64,000 nt of DNA from Macrostomum lignano (lineage: Eukaryota). Below, piece after piece: positions 1-12,086 of this stretch. Position numbers and translations under genes: made by a program. Under the pieces are notes generated by a model. That model saw only the letters and a list, made by a program, of their open reading frames with translations, was not told where the DNA came from and searched no databases. The stretch covers positions 62,001 to 126,000 of the forward strand of contig NIVC01002011.1 of NCBI GenBank assembly GCA_002269645.1, written 5' to 3'. Positions within the stretch are counted from its first letter, which is position 1. Every line of letters begins with the position of its first letter.

Positions 1-263
1 ATTTTCGAGTTTTGAGTTATTGCTCGCATATAGTGTGACCTGTGGCTATTTTTTAGCATCTTTAATATACACCAATACAAGCTGTTGAAACCCACGGATT
101 TTAAAGCCGCTGAATTCCAATCCCGGAACTGCTGCATAATTCTTAAATCTAAACTCGTACTGAAACAAAAACTAGTTATACGTCAATAGTTACGATAGAT
201 AGAGGTACTGTCCATGCCAGTCAATGCTGAACTAAGTACAGCTGTACTAACTTTCATAGATGT

Positions 264-615
264 TTATTGTAGAGCCTGTGGATATACCAAATTCCTAGTT
301 CTCCCCTAAGAGCAAAAATGAAGAGGCCAGCTGCATTTCCAACACGTGAGTATGCGACATAAACTTGGCCATGTGAGAAGCAGTGTTGATTCCGGCCACC
401 TTTAGCGATTTTCCTTGGGCTTTATTTTTAGTCATGGCAAAGCAAACCTTCACAGGGAAGTGCACTCGCTTGAACTGAAAAGGCAAGTCCGATGGAATAA
501 TCGAAATTCTCGGAATAAACACAGATTGCCTTATGATGTATTCCGTCAAGTTTTTGCCCCAATCACATTCTAAGAGAGTTGCTTGACGATTAGCCTGGTG
601 CTGTTACATACTCGA
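264..615 (-). pseudogene. Helitron RepHel PIF1-like helicase, C-terminal fragment (frameshifted)
   Basis: Across frames reads CN(S)TRLIVKQL..VIGAK / FIPRISIIPSDLPFQFKRVHFPVKVCFAMTKNKAQGKSL / CFSHGQVYVAYSRVG / TRNLVYPQALQ* (stop 264-266). These are the typical Helitron helicase motifs IV-VI and C-terminus. Confidence 0.85.
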
Positions 616-989
616 AGCTTTGGGATATTTTAATTGCGCAAAAATCAGCTAAAGAGGGAGCTAGATTAACTAACTGAGCAAGACAGCGTCCTAGACTCAA
701 CCGAACAAGAGAGGAACACTAAAAATACCTTATCAACCATTAATAATCCTATCCTATCCTATGCGGCGGCAGAGGACTCAGCTCAGCAGCAGCGACGTCA
801 GCGACGCCAGCAGCAGCGTCAGCGGCCTGACGCCCGGAAACAGGTTGTCCTGTTAATAAGTTTCCCTGGGGACCCCCTAAAACCGAATGTCCCTGGCCGC
901 GCGTCAGCCGTTATATGTAATCGGCTCTTACAGTTGTGTATTATTCATTCATTATACCGCAGAATTATAAAATTAAAAAACAGTGCAGA

Positions 990-1787
990 ACTTTACACTT
1001 ACTACTTACTACTGACGGAGAGCGTAGGCGCCGCGAATAGGCCGCGAGGCCCCTATCGCAACCCCAAGGTAAAAGAGCACAAGGATTAACCCTGGGGGTG
1101 CACCCAGTCCCCGCCAGTAGTCGGCAGGTTCGCAGTGGAGGCATCGGCGACCCTCATCCGGCCGGAGTCCCGGACGAAGGCGCGAAGGTCACGGATATTA
1201 TCCAGGGTGGTCAGCTCGTTCATCCGCTGGGGGTGGCCGAGATATGAATGCCGCGCCTTGTAAGGGCAGGTGACGTGATGCTCCGCGGTCTCCTCTCCTA
1301 TGCCACAGAAAGGACAGGTAGGAGGGCAACCGGTTTGCAACGAGATATATCTCTGGAAGAAACCATGGCCGGTTAGGACCATGCACATCTCCCTGAGGTC
1401 GGTTCTGTTAAGCGAAATAAGATAATCAGAGACTTTCCTGTTCAGGTTAGGCATGGCAGAGCGGGTTTGCCTGTACTCGGTGCAGCTGTTCCAGTGGAGC
1501 TGGTGCTGCTGATGGAGCCACCTGTTGATATGGCGGGTGACTTGCGACCTGGGGGTGGGTAGCCTCATCAGACGGTGGTTGCCGTCTGGGTTGCTGCCCT
1601 CCTTGGCGAGAGAGTCCGCGAGCTCGTTGCCCAGGATGTTTCTGTGACCGGGTGTCCAGATAATTCTAATCCTGTTAAGTACTGAGAGGGATTGCACACT
1701 GCGGTGGCATTGATATACTCTAGCAGCGGAGATATTCTCAGTGGTTAAGGCCTTAATAGCAGCTTGGCTATCAGTGTAAAAGTTCAC
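990..1787 (-). mobile_element. 5'-truncated non-LTR retrotransposon (R1/LOA/I-like): RNase H + C-terminal Cys motif + 3' tail
   Basis: ORF 1086-1787: [31 protein letters not shown] (RNase HI), [14 protein letters not shown]. Short (AGTA)n-like repeats near 995-1012 are the probable tail. Confidence 0.8.
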
Positions 1788-2099
1788 GGTTCCGGTTCGT
1801 GACGGAGAGATTCAGGATTTGGTGCTAGAATATGACCCCGTCATAAAGGCATTAGAGATCCCAAAATTCAACCACTATTGGAAATGCTCCGCCGGAGGCG
1901 TTAAGAAATTTTCTGATGTAAATTTTAAACTCGTCCACAAATGTGCCAAGCGCCAATGACTTGTAAACTATAATAATATAAAGAAAATCCATAAGTCCAG
2001 GCCAACAGTCGCAAGGCAAAGGAAGGCGCGCGTGCCTACGGGGATTAGAACCAGCAAGCCATAAACCCGCCCGGAAGTTCCTGATCCCCTGTGCCGCCA

Positions 2100-2271
2100 C
2101 CTGACTCTGATCAGGAAGTCGACAGAAGTCGACCAGGAGCCTGTGTGGGCTCAGCGAGTCATTGTTCTTGATCCACTAGTGCAAGGCCAGCCAGCTGTGC
2201 CCCGGCACAGGCCAGTGCGAGCCAACCGTGGAGTCCCACCCCTGCGCTTTGGCAACCCGGTATATCATTGA
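2100..2271 (+). pseudogene. Gypsy pol C-terminal tail fragment
   Basis: Reads ...PRHRPVRANRGVPPLRFGNPVYH*, resembling the RxxRxxRGxPPxR(Y/F)G tail of many Gypsy Pol proteins. Short match only. Confidence 0.4.
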
Positions 2272-2335
2272 GCAAACTTTCCGTCCATCAAAGTCTTCAC
2301 TTGTCTCTTCCTTTGTTTGCTTCTCACATAGTTTT

Positions 2336-3390
2336 TGTGCGGCGGGTTAGCTTATGCGGTATGAGAAATATATGAATGACGTATAGTAGTAGTACAATGT
2401 GATGTGTTCCTTATTACCAGACTTTCTCTGTAATCAAGGAAAATCACTTCTAGCTCTTTAGCTAGGCAACCCAGTATTCAAATGAAGGTATTGATTATCT
2501 TGAGTCCGGATTAGTTTCTTTTTGAGTAGTTTTCAGCGTAGATCTCGTTTCAGATCTTGTCGACTTCTAGTCGCAGTATGTGTGTAGACCAGGTCCGACT
2601 TTCTGTTCTTCGTCTGAAGTATCTCCGGCCGGTATCTGTCGTTCGGACCAATGGGAAGCTTCCAATTAACAATGGGATCCCTGCGCAAAACTGCGGTATC
2701 GTATAAGCCTACTCCTTCTAGCAGTGCCTTAAACGCACTTTAGGTATAGCTCCGGAAACCACTGATAGTCTTCTAAGATCTATCAGGGGCAGTCCTTCTG
2801 GAGACTGCAACCAATGGAGTCTCAATAGACTCAAGAGTCTCAACAGACTCAAACTAAACTCAAGGTGAGACGTCTCAAACAACGGGCGCAAATGAGTAAG
2901 GCTTACCGCAAGAACTCAGCCGATTCTCGACTTGGTCCAGGAAGTCCCTCTGATGGCTTCCTCTTCGGAGCTTCTCCTGCTGGAGAGTTTCTTGGCTCCG
3001 GGTCCGCTTCGGACCACTTGTATTTATAGGCAAATGAAACTCCTTCGAAGTCGTCCATCACTTTGTCGTAAATGTCAACAGGTCACATTTTGGTGGCTGT
3101 CAAGCATGGCAGGGCAGAAAATTGCGCAACTAGTCTACTGTAAAAGCGCATGATTGGTTACCGTAGCTGGTAGCCTTTGATTGGTTCATCCGGGTGCAAG
3201 CCAAATGATGAATCGTAGGTGGGGTTTGAACTGACAAATGTAGGTCAGGCATGATTAGTCGGTTGCAAAAATAGCATGACCCACTTTTCTCTCTTTTGAT
3301 TGGTTGATTAAAATATATATATGGTTTGACGCTTATTTTTATACGAGTACATGCTACTTGTCTTAATACTATGTAAGTAGTACGTTAACA
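2336..3390 (-). mobile_element. Probable solo LTR
   Basis: TGT...ACA termini; flanks GTTTT/ATTTT (4 of 5 match); CTATAAATA TATA box on the minus strand near 3023-3031; CCAAT-like motifs near the right end. Confidence 0.4.
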
Positions 3391-3488
3391 ATTTTTATGG
3401 TCTTTTTGCGGGAGACTGAATACTCTACAAATGGTATCTGTGGACGCTCCACCGTGCAGTGCAAAGACCACTGTATTAGTCTACTATA

Positions 3489-3920
3489 GTGGTCCATGCG
3501 TGCAGCGTCGGATCTCTAAGTGTCAAGACTTATCAACGAATAGTGTTTGACAAATCTGTGCTGACGGACCCGTTCTTCAGGGTGCTTTGTGATAAATTCG
3601 GCGAGAAGGCCTTTTCCAACACGCTAGCGTATGCGCGAATCTTCAACCCGCCTCCAGGGGTGAAGTTTCCGGACGATAACAAGGAAGGTCTGCTGCAGAT
3701 GGGCGTAGTGGTGGTGAGTGAGGATTAGGAAGAGTCAGGCCCAAATCCTGGCGTCGCTGCGAACCGCTATGCACCGACAGCGAGAGAGCTGTCTGTTTCT
3801 ACATCTATCTCGCTCCGCGTTCCTCAGGCAATAGAAGATCGCTATTGCATTGTGCGGAACCACCTTGTGCAGCACATTCGTAGTTTTGTCGACCAGGAGG
3901 CTCACGAATGCATCGATTAA
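3489..3920 (+). pseudogene. Decayed ORF of unknown function
   Basis: ORF 3489-3728 continues in frame past one TAG to TAA at 3918-3920. Protein-like composition; no recognised motif. Confidence 0.3.
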
Positions 3921-4960
3921 TTGTCAGCATTATTTCAATCGGTTGGATTACAGCTGTGAAGGTGCAGAGTGTCTGAAACGCTCCAAGTTTCCCTCAGTTT
4001 TGTTGCCGCGGACGTTGGCTCCCGCAAGTTGGCGTAGCGGATCCACTAGACGTGACCGCCTTTACCTGTCGAACGAAACCTTTGCAGCGACAATCAGCTA
4101 CATATTTTCGGTCATTAGTAGGTTTGAATTTTTTCAGTAGGTTAGAAGCCACCGGCCAATCCAAACGTAATCCCTAGAGCCGTGCCAATGGCTAACAAAG
4201 CAGAGATTATTGCGGCAAGAAACGGCAAGAAACAACCACGCTGTACCAAAAACTTCCTTCCTAGCTTTATTTTATTTTTCCTCCTGTAACAATTCTTGTA
4301 TCAGTTTTCGGTAGCGTTTTAACCGTTTCTTGTCACACGAACTCAACGGCACACGCCCTTTGACGATATTCAAAGAAACTCAACCGCAATGCACCTCGCC
4401 CGGACTTAAACTTCGCTGAAACTGCTTGCGTTGGTCCAATCCCCGAAGCCTCGCGACAACATGCAATAGAAAGGCACACTGGGATAAGGATCGCGCACTT
4501 TGTACACTCATTTCTATATCAGCCCGGTAATTGTCTATCATGCTTTTTACTAATCCCGATTGTACTTGCTTATAATCAATCATCTCGTATCCTGAAGTGC
4601 AGCACAGCGATCACGTGGCTCCAATCGGGGGAATTCAACCCCCCCCTTTGGTCGGCTAGTCGAATGGATATCTCATTAATGTTGTTGTGCCGGCGTGCAC
4701 TTGCACTGCTGAGCGAGCTATTCAGCCCTCAGTGCGGGTGCACCCGTCATTGCACCTTTCCCTCACGTGCGCGCCACCCACCGAACTGTTTGTCTGAGAC
4801 AGCCAGTTTTGGCTAGCTGCGGCCCCCAGCGCGTCCCCTCGCTCGCCCTGCGATTGGATGGCGCCCCAGCCAATCTTTTAGATACTATTCTCCTCCAATC
4901 GCGACCCCGTCGAGCTCTCTAATTTGCGAGTCTTGTAATTTTGGGTAGCTGGGCTTGGGG

Positions 4961-5098
4961 CATGGATGAATGAATAGAATGGATTGTCTATGGCAATCAT
5001 CAACCAATGAAAAGGCACGGGGGGAACCGGATGCAAAAGAGTCAAAAACGAAAATAGCCAGAGCCAGAATAGCAATCCATTCTATTCATTCATCCATG
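4961..5098. mobile_element. 138-bp MITE, hAT-like
   Basis: Perfect 26-bp TIRs (CATGGATGAATGAATAGAATGGATTG) and 8-bp TSD GCTTGGGG (4953-4960, 5099-5106). The empty site is visible in the sister LTR near 28143-28154. Confidence 0.9.
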
Positions 5099-5347
5099 GC
5101 TTGGGGTAGCAATATATAAATCCTTTCTGCCCTAGACAACCTGCTGGATTTGTATTCCTTCTTGATTTCAAGAGCGGGCTGAGCATGGATGAAGGAATAC
5201 ATTCAAATCACGAGAAACAACATTCTTCGGCCCGCGAGTCAAACTGCATTCGCTTCAGTCTAAGTTCAGTGCAAGTCCTGATTCTCGGCCCGCAAGAAAA
5301 TGGAATGTGCCTGAAATTGGATTCAGCAAGGCGCTCACAACGGCCTG

Positions 5348-5975
5348 TTGGATGGTCTAGTAAACGATCTTTCTGCTGAAGCGAGCAGCGACAATCAACT
5401 CCGGGAGCTAACAAGTGATGAAGTGAGCGCCATTTTGGATGTGGAGAATGCCTCACGCGTCGTCTCTACCGATACAAAAACAAGACAGTGTGGAGAAATT
5501 CAAGAAGTTGTTGCGCACCGAGAATCTTCCAGAATCAATCGACACCATGCCGCCAAAGTATCTCGTTGAGTACATGCGTCTCTGGTTTGCAACCCTGAAA
5601 AGGGCAGATGGGGAAGTTTACAGCGTCAGCACGCTTGCTGGCTTCCGTGCTAGCCTTCATCGTCACTTCAAAGAGGTTAGGGATTTAGAAGTGATTGGAA
5701 ATGTCGCCTTTCAGAAGTTTGAAAAAACCTACAAAGCTGCTCTGGCTGCATCCTTGAAGCGGGACAGACGTATGGGTGAGCAGAGTGGTTACCAAGCCAT
5801 CACGGATGAAGATATGGTGAAGCTCCGAGTGTATTTCGATTGAACTACACCGGTAAAACTACAGGACGAGGTTTTCTACAAGCTGTGTACGCATTTTGGC
5901 TTCAGAGGGCGTGAGTGGCTTCGCCAACTGACGAAGGACGTTATTGTCTTCTCCGACGAGACTGGGACTGAGTTG
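5348..5975 (+). pseudogene. Crypton-type tyrosine recombinase (DUF3504/KCTD1-ZMYM-like) N-terminal part
   Basis: YSVSTLAGFRASLHRHF...F...AITDEDMVKLRVYFD*TTPVKLQDEVFYKLCTHFGFRGRE. Catalytic Arg motif (GxRGxE) present; one frameshift and one stop; truncated before HxxR and the catalytic Tyr. Confidence 0.8.
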
Positions 5976-6150
5976 CATTTCTTTCTAATTTGCGGGACTG
6001 GCTAGGTTGATTTGCGTCATAAGGACGGACTGACCAAGTCTCCTGACGCGATCCCACGCTCAGAGTCCGATGTCAGTCCGGCAAGTTGACTGACGCCATC
6101 TCTGGGCTCGTCCGCAGAGATGGCTAGAGTTGCGATCCGGCTCACACAAA

Positions 6151-6169
6151 TGGGTGCCGTGACCAGGAT
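6151..6169 (+). promoter_or_regulatory. Primer-binding site, tRNA-His type
   Basis: TGGGTGCCGTGACCAGGAT, 2 nt after the LTR CA. Matches the tRNA-His PBS TGGTGCCGTGAC(C/T)(A/C)GGAT with one extra G. Confidence 0.7.
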
Positions 6170-6326
6170 TAGCATAGCTTATGGGTTTAGTTTACTGTTA
6201 GAGAAGCTGGGTTGTATTTTTATGATCTAGCAGTTTCGAGTGCACTTGGTTTTTAGTCTGATTTTTCTGCTTAGTCCAAGTTCAAGTTGAATTTTCCCAT
6301 CTTGCTTTCTTCTCGTCGCCGCCATT

Positions 6327-7815
6327 ATGGCCAACATCGATGCCCTAATTGACGCACTCGCCACCAGCGTGCAGAACCAAATGAATATCGGACAGAGTCC
6401 CCAGGCCGTCAAAGTTTTCCCTTGGACTGTGAAGAGTTTATTGGGTGGTAATCAGTTACTCAATAACTCCCACTTCTAGACACTGGGGAACAAGTGTTTA
6501 GGTATAAACAAAATCGAATAACTCTTACTGTAGCGGATCCTCTTGAGGTTGGTAGTCGGCGGAGTCTTGTTGCTTGTAGGGCTAGCTAGCTTGATGAGCG
6601 GTGGCGGCCGGTTCCGGTGAACAGCTGTTGTCTCCTGGAGTCCTCAACTTTATCTGTGGGTCGACCAAAACGAGAGCGAATCAGAATTCTTGACGGTCCT
6701 CGAGCTCGGAATTAAAAATAGAACGTGCGCCCTTATGAACAATTGAATTCTGTAAATCTGTAACAGGTCCTCCTGAAGGGCGTCTTCTTCGTTACGTCCG
6801 AAACGTAACGGATAACTCAAATCAACGCAGTAAAACCTCTAGGAATGTATCCTAGGAAACAGGGAGGCCTTTCTCAAATGTGTCGACAATAAGTGGCTAT
6901 CGTAAACTCAATTAATAAACTTATTAGTGCTATAGCAGAGAAATAAATCGGGTAACGCTTACAAATCTATCCGGATTTCTTCTCTTGAGTCTTCCTTGAG
7001 ACCGCTCCGAGTCTGAATTTTTGACTCGGATTTTCGCTTAATACTTATAGTAAAATTTTGGTAAAAAACTGGTTTAAAATCGGTTGTTTACTTAGGTCAC
7101 GTATGTTTGATTAAGGGGCCACGAATGTTTGACCATTACCATATATTGAATTAAGCAAATAAAACTCCCGAGAACCGGTTTCTTGATCAAATAAACGTCG
7201 GTCTTACGTAGGGCTCTCAGTCACTTTTGTTTGCACATGACTCATTCTAAAAATAGAATTTCGAAAAAAAGATATGACTTATCGTGACTCATTCTAAAAA
7301 TAGAATGCAAGTTTAAATTGATTTTATTAGAATATTACTTTAAGTAGTGCGTTCTGATATAATTTACAGTTCTCTACAACAGGCCTTCCAACTTTGGTTC
7401 CAACAATTCACACCATACTGTGAGGCTGCCAATATTCTGGAAGAGAGTGTAAGCAGCATATGATCAGCCTCTCGGATTTCAATTCAGCTTTTCGCGCTGT
7501 CGCTAATCTTGAGCTTCCGGATGACCTAGAATATGAGGAGTTTGTTGAGCGCTTGACTGGACGGTTTGATAATCACCACACGGCCCAAGATAGTCAGTTA
7601 GAGCTGAGGAACCGCGACCAGAAGGTAGACGAGTCGTTCGAGGATTATGCTGATGGGCTGCAGGAAACCACTCGTCGTGCCTACCCGAACTTGCCGGCGG
7701 AGCAGAGAGACGAATTGGCTAAGGATAGATTCCTGCTTAGTGTGAGGGTCACCGATAGAATTAGGGAGCATCTTCTGTTGCAGGAGCTCGAGACTCTCGA
7801 CGCAGCCTGTAGGCG
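6327..7815 (+). pseudogene. gag: Gypsy gag, split by a solo-LTR insertion and truncated
   Basis: MANIDALIDALATSVQNQ... (6327-6427) resumes at 7379 as AFQLWFQQF...AFRAVANLELPDDLEYEEFVERLTGRF...RAYP. Clearly homologous to the gag at 53726 (AFAAVQRLNLPEDLGYEEFKEHLIERF). Confidence 0.75.
6428..7378 (-). mobile_element. Solo LTR inserted in gag
   Basis: TGT...ACA termini exactly interrupt gag. TSD only partly preserved (AC). AP-1+MEF2-like motifs at 7238-7303 suggest U3 is at the right end; orientation is inferred. Confidence 0.6.
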
Positions 7816-7818
7816 GGT

Positions 7819-10770
7819 TGTTATTTCCTTTCTGTGGTCTTTTGAGACAAAATATTGACACCTCTAGTGTTTTAAATTAGTAGTTGCCACCCTTGCCGCA
7901 AGCAGCCCTCGCATAGACTTTTTGCTATATATTTAAGTTAGAGCTGTGCTCTTCAAGCAGAAGAGTGTACTAACAAAATAACATAGACTAATTCATAGAG
8001 CCGCAGCTTCGGCTTAATAAAGAACGATCAGCATCAAGCTTATAAATAAATCTGTAACACTCCTTCCCTTTAGTCAGTTGTGCACCATGTACACAGATTA
8101 CCAAGTTGTCATTAGCCAACGTCCGGCACGCCCAGCTTTGAGTAGTGAAACCTATCAGGTTCCTTGCACTGACGTTTGCTGCGACGTGAGTCACCAGACG
8201 ACTCCGAGGTGTCAGGCATCTGGTACATGGTCCGTTCGACTTCCTCCGTGTCCTCTGTACTTCTTGGCTTCGTCTGTTCCAGGTGGACGTAGGTTCCGTC
8301 CTCTAGCTCGACGCCCACAATGGTCTTCCCTTTCCTGGAAACTACTTCGCCTGCTTTCCATTTTTCGGCCTATGATTGTAAGTCCTCACCCATAAAGGAT
8401 CCTTTGTCAGTGCAAGTGTTGCGGTACGAAGCAGGTGACCCCTAATTAACTCAGCTGGAGCCCTTCTGGTCGTTGAGTGTCGTGAATTTCTGTACTGCAG
8501 CAGAAACCGATCCACACTAGTCTGCAGATCGTCCTTTCCGGAGGCTCTCCTGTGGTTCTTCAGGTCACGTACAAAACGTTCGGCCAGGCTGTTAGAGCGA
8601 GGGTGATAAGGGGGCGTGAGGACATGTCTACATCCAATTCCGCTCAGCCAACCCCCGATCTCCTTGGACGTGAACTGTGGTCCGCTGTCTGTGACCAGAG
8701 TCGCGGGGACTCCCTCTTGTGAGAACGTTCCCCGCAATCGCTTGACGGTCTCGGCTGATGTGGTACTTCTCATAACGTGGACCTCAGCCCATTTGCTGAA
8801 GGCATCCACCAACACCAGGAGGTAATATTCTCCCTTTAAGGGACCGCATAGTCGGCATGCACTCTGCACCACTTCTCAGTCTCCTCAGGCCAACTGCTCC
8901 ATTGTTTCCGAGACCCATGGTCCTTGTTTCCTTGGCAGGCGGAACAGTTCTTAGCATATTGCTCCACATCCGAGTCAATCCCAGGCCACCAAACGCACTG
9001 TCGGGCAATCGACTTCATTTTGTCTGCGCCAACGTGGCCCTCGTGAAGAAGTTGAAGTATTGACGGTCTCTTAACTTTTGGGATCAGCAGGCGAATTCCG
9101 CGATATAGTAAGCCATTTTCTATTACTAGAATTTCGAGTATACTCCTGTAAATCCTTGGATCCTTGAGCCGTCCAGCCGCGTTTCACGAAACTGAACAAC
9201 GCCCGTAGAGTCTTATCGGACTTCGATAATTGTCTCAGGTTCTTTTTGTTGATCGGGAGTTCCAGTAAGCAGTCCTGGACAGAGTTCACGTCGAATTGTT
9301 CCCTATCTGAAGTGTCGGAGTTCAATCGTAAAAGAGCATCCGCTACAGGGATCTCCTCTGAGCGCAGCCATTCGATGACGAAGTCATATTCCATTAGTGT
9401 AATGGCGCATCGTTGTAGCCGGGCTGCTGCGACTGTGGACACGGCTCTTCCAGGATCAAAGAGAAACTTTAGAGGATGATGATCGGTGCGAATAAAAAAT
9501 TTCCGACCTAGGAGGTACTTGTGTAGAGGCTTGATTTCCCAAACAATAGCCAAACCTTCTCGTTTAATTTGTGCGTAATTGCGCTCTGCGTTGGTCCGTG
9601 TTTTTGATATGAACAATACTGGCCCAAACGATTGCTCCAGCACAGCACCCAGTCCGAATGGTGACGCATCGGTCGTGAGGAACACCTTCTCAGTAGGATA
9701 GAATGGCTTGAGAGGCAGCGCATTGTAGAGTCTAGTTTTGATCGCGTTAAAGGCGTCGCTTTCGTGCTTTCCCCATGCCCAGCGTACTCCGGAGCGAGTT
9801 AGATTTGTAAGCGGCTCTTTGATAGTCGCTAGGTTCGGTATACACCTGCCGTACAACTCCACCATTCCAATGAATGATTGCAGCGTCTTAACGTCCTTGG
9901 GTTCCTCCATCCCAGCAATTGCCCTTGCCTTCTCTGGTATGGGTCTTACTCCTTTCTCACTTATTTCGTAAGCCAGGAATTTGACTGCTGGTTGATTGAA
10001 AATGCTTTTCTCCTTGTTGATGTGAAGTCCATTCTCCTTCAAAATGTTCTGAACGTTAGTGAGTCTTGTGTCGTGCGTGATCTTGTCTTCGCCCCATACC
10101 AAAATGTCGTCTCGATATGACACGATGCCGTCCAAATTCAGAAGCAGCTTGTCCATGTACGATTGAAATATGGCTGGGGCCTGTTTAACTCCATACGCTA
10201 ACGCTGTAGGACGGTACAGACCAAAAGGTGTGCTCCAGTTGAGCATCGCGCTTGAATCAGCGTCTACCGGCACTTGCAGATAAGCATTGGTGAGGTCGAA
10301 CTTTGAAAACCTCCGAGCTCGTCCGAGTTTTGACATCACTTCATCGATCGATGGCGTTGTGGACACCATGTCTTTGAGTGCTGGGTTAAGAGTAACCTTA
10401 TAGTCACCGCAGATTCTGATCTTTCCCGATTGCTTTCTGACGCATACGATTTGTGTAGCCCAGTCACTTGCATCCACTCGTTCCAATTGCCCTTCAGACT
10501 CCATTCTCATCAGCTCGACCTTAACGTCTTCTAAGATTCCATAGGGAATCTGTCTTGGCTTACAGAATACTGTTTTAGCGTCCGGTTTGATTGTCAGTGA
10601 AGCTTTGACACCATTCAACGTGCAGATTTGCAGAGGTCTTGGCTCGCTGCTCATAGAGTCTCCGTGAACTATCAAAGCGTGAAGTTCCGGTTCCAGCACA
10701 GCTAGCCAGGACATCCACGTCTGGCTGGCCGCGTTCGAGCAACGCTGCGAGATGGAGCGTATTCGCACCG
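7819..10770 (-). mobile_element. pol: 5'-truncated Gypsy retrotransposon: pol (RT-RNase H-integrase, frameshifted), PPT and 3' LTR
   Basis: ORF 9071-10768 has RT (FSKFDLTNAYLQ, YRDD) and RNase H (LTTDASPFGLGAVL). Integrase in 8342-9060 (VHADY, VTDSGPQF, LAERFVR). PPT AAAGGGAAGGAG at 8060-8071; LTR TGTTA...TAACA at 7819-8059. Confidence 0.9.
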
Positions 10771-10932
10771 ATCATCATCCTCTAAATCATCCTCCTCATC
10801 ATCCTCCGCTGAATCTTCAGCAGCAGCTGGCGCTGCATTCAGCAGCGTGCAGCAGCATGTAGAAGAAGCACCGGAGGCCGAAATGGTTCCGCTCATGCCG
10901 GAGCACCCGTTCAAGGTAGCAAAAATAGATTC

Positions 10933-11304
10933 GTGGATGCAATTGCAAAGTCCAATATCGCTCTGCAGCTCAAAATTCTACCCCTTCTACTACAGGTCAA
11001 GGCTCGCAGCTACTCGACGCTTATGTCCGAGGTGGAGACACACGGGGAGCGGAAAAGCGAGCATACCGAGATGCTCGTGCTCAGAGCGCTTCTCCGTGCT
11101 GTTTTCAGCGAGGAGGACTTGCGTACAAAGTCGTTGACAGGCCGGTAAAGGGATTGTGTAGCGGAGAGGACCCTGGACGCAGTAAAATCATTTCTTTTAC
11201 GAATTGTGAAGGCCCACGTCCCTCCTTCGCGACTGCAGTTGGCGTTTCGGCGGTTGCGCAGTGAGCTGATGAAAGCCAAGCCATCCAACGACCAACGTGC
11301 CTAA
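10933..11304 (+). pseudogene. BEN-domain-like ORF fragment
   Basis: LVLRALLRAVFSEEDLRTKSLTGR*RDCVAERTLDAVKSFLLRIVK matches the BEN pattern (RxLLxxxFSxExL...SLxG...LD). One in-frame stop; Ser-rich region upstream. Confidence 0.6.
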
Positions 11305-11462
11305 AAGGAGCCAGACGACCCGGAAGCTGATCAGGGGAACTGACTTAAGACAAATATTAAACTAATCAATAATTAAACAGGCATTGCAATTCGCGGGAAC
11401 ATAAGCTTGTAGGGAATTTTTCACATTTGTCACTAGTTTATTCAATGTAAAAGTTTTCCGTA

Positions 11463-11831
11463 CGAGGGCTGAGCAATAAGTTTCCGGATGTGCCCAGACA
11501 AAAAGAGTTAGAAAAAACAGTTACATCTAGAAGGTGCTTCATCCCCAAAAGCTCCTCGCAATCGCTCAAGACTTTCTTTCTGTCGCAAACCACTTTTAAA
11601 ATCGTAATAAATAATTGCTTTACAATGACTCCTATTGAGCTCCATTGCAAATTTGATAGATAGGGTGGGTGTGCTAGCTTGGTTTGGGTGCTGCACTGCC
11701 TATACATGGCCAGTGTGTCTGAAACTTTTTACAAAAATTGTACTTATATAATGTACTTGACTCCTATGATGTTAGATTTTGTCAGCCGCCTCTCAACTAT
11801 GCACATCCGGAAACTTATTGCTCAGCCCTCG
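11463..11831 (-). mobile_element. Internally deleted mariner element (369 bp)
   Basis: Perfect 31-bp TIRs CGAGGGCTGAGCAATAAGTTTCCGGATGTGC; TA on the left and A (T lost) on the right. Retains the transposase N-terminal HTH (AIIYYDFKSGL...LERLRGAFGDEAPS). Confidence 0.9.
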
Positions 11832-11849
11832 ACGGGGTTATCAATTTAC

Positions 11850-11985
11850 ATTGACATGGTTATAGAACTCCGGGCACTGGCCCTCGAAGAAGTTTGTCAG
11901 GTGGGTCTTCAGGTCGTCCTCATTATTAAACTTTTTGCCGGCCATAGAACGGTCGAGGGCGGCAAACAGGTGATAATCGGTGGGT
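11850..11985 (-). pseudogene. Older mariner transposase C-terminal fragment
   Basis: PTDYHLFAALDRSMAGKKFNNEDDLKTHLTNFFEGQCPEFY, the region at and after the YSPDLAP(x)D motif. Confidence 0.7.
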
Positions 11986-12086
11986 CTCGACGTCTAAGGG
12001 TGTGAAAGTTAAAGTCAAATGCATTCCATAGAGTTCTAGCATAGAGTTTCCAAGATCCTTTCAAACTAATCGTTTATCAACAAACC

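Larger units (their letters stand above)
4683..6148 (+). mobile_element. 5' LTR (same family as solo LTR 27809-28551), interrupted by a MITE and a Crypton fragment
   Basis: Starts TGTTGTGCC like 27809. 4800-4960 aligns with 27980-28150 and 5978-6148 aligns with 28380-28551. Ends CA at 6147-6148, followed by a PBS. Confidence 0.75.

Noticed and set aside
4617-4650. tRNA-Asp-like 3' end or PBS (TGGCTCCAATCGGGGGAATTCAACCCC)
   Set aside because: Too many mismatches and no adjacent LTR CA end.
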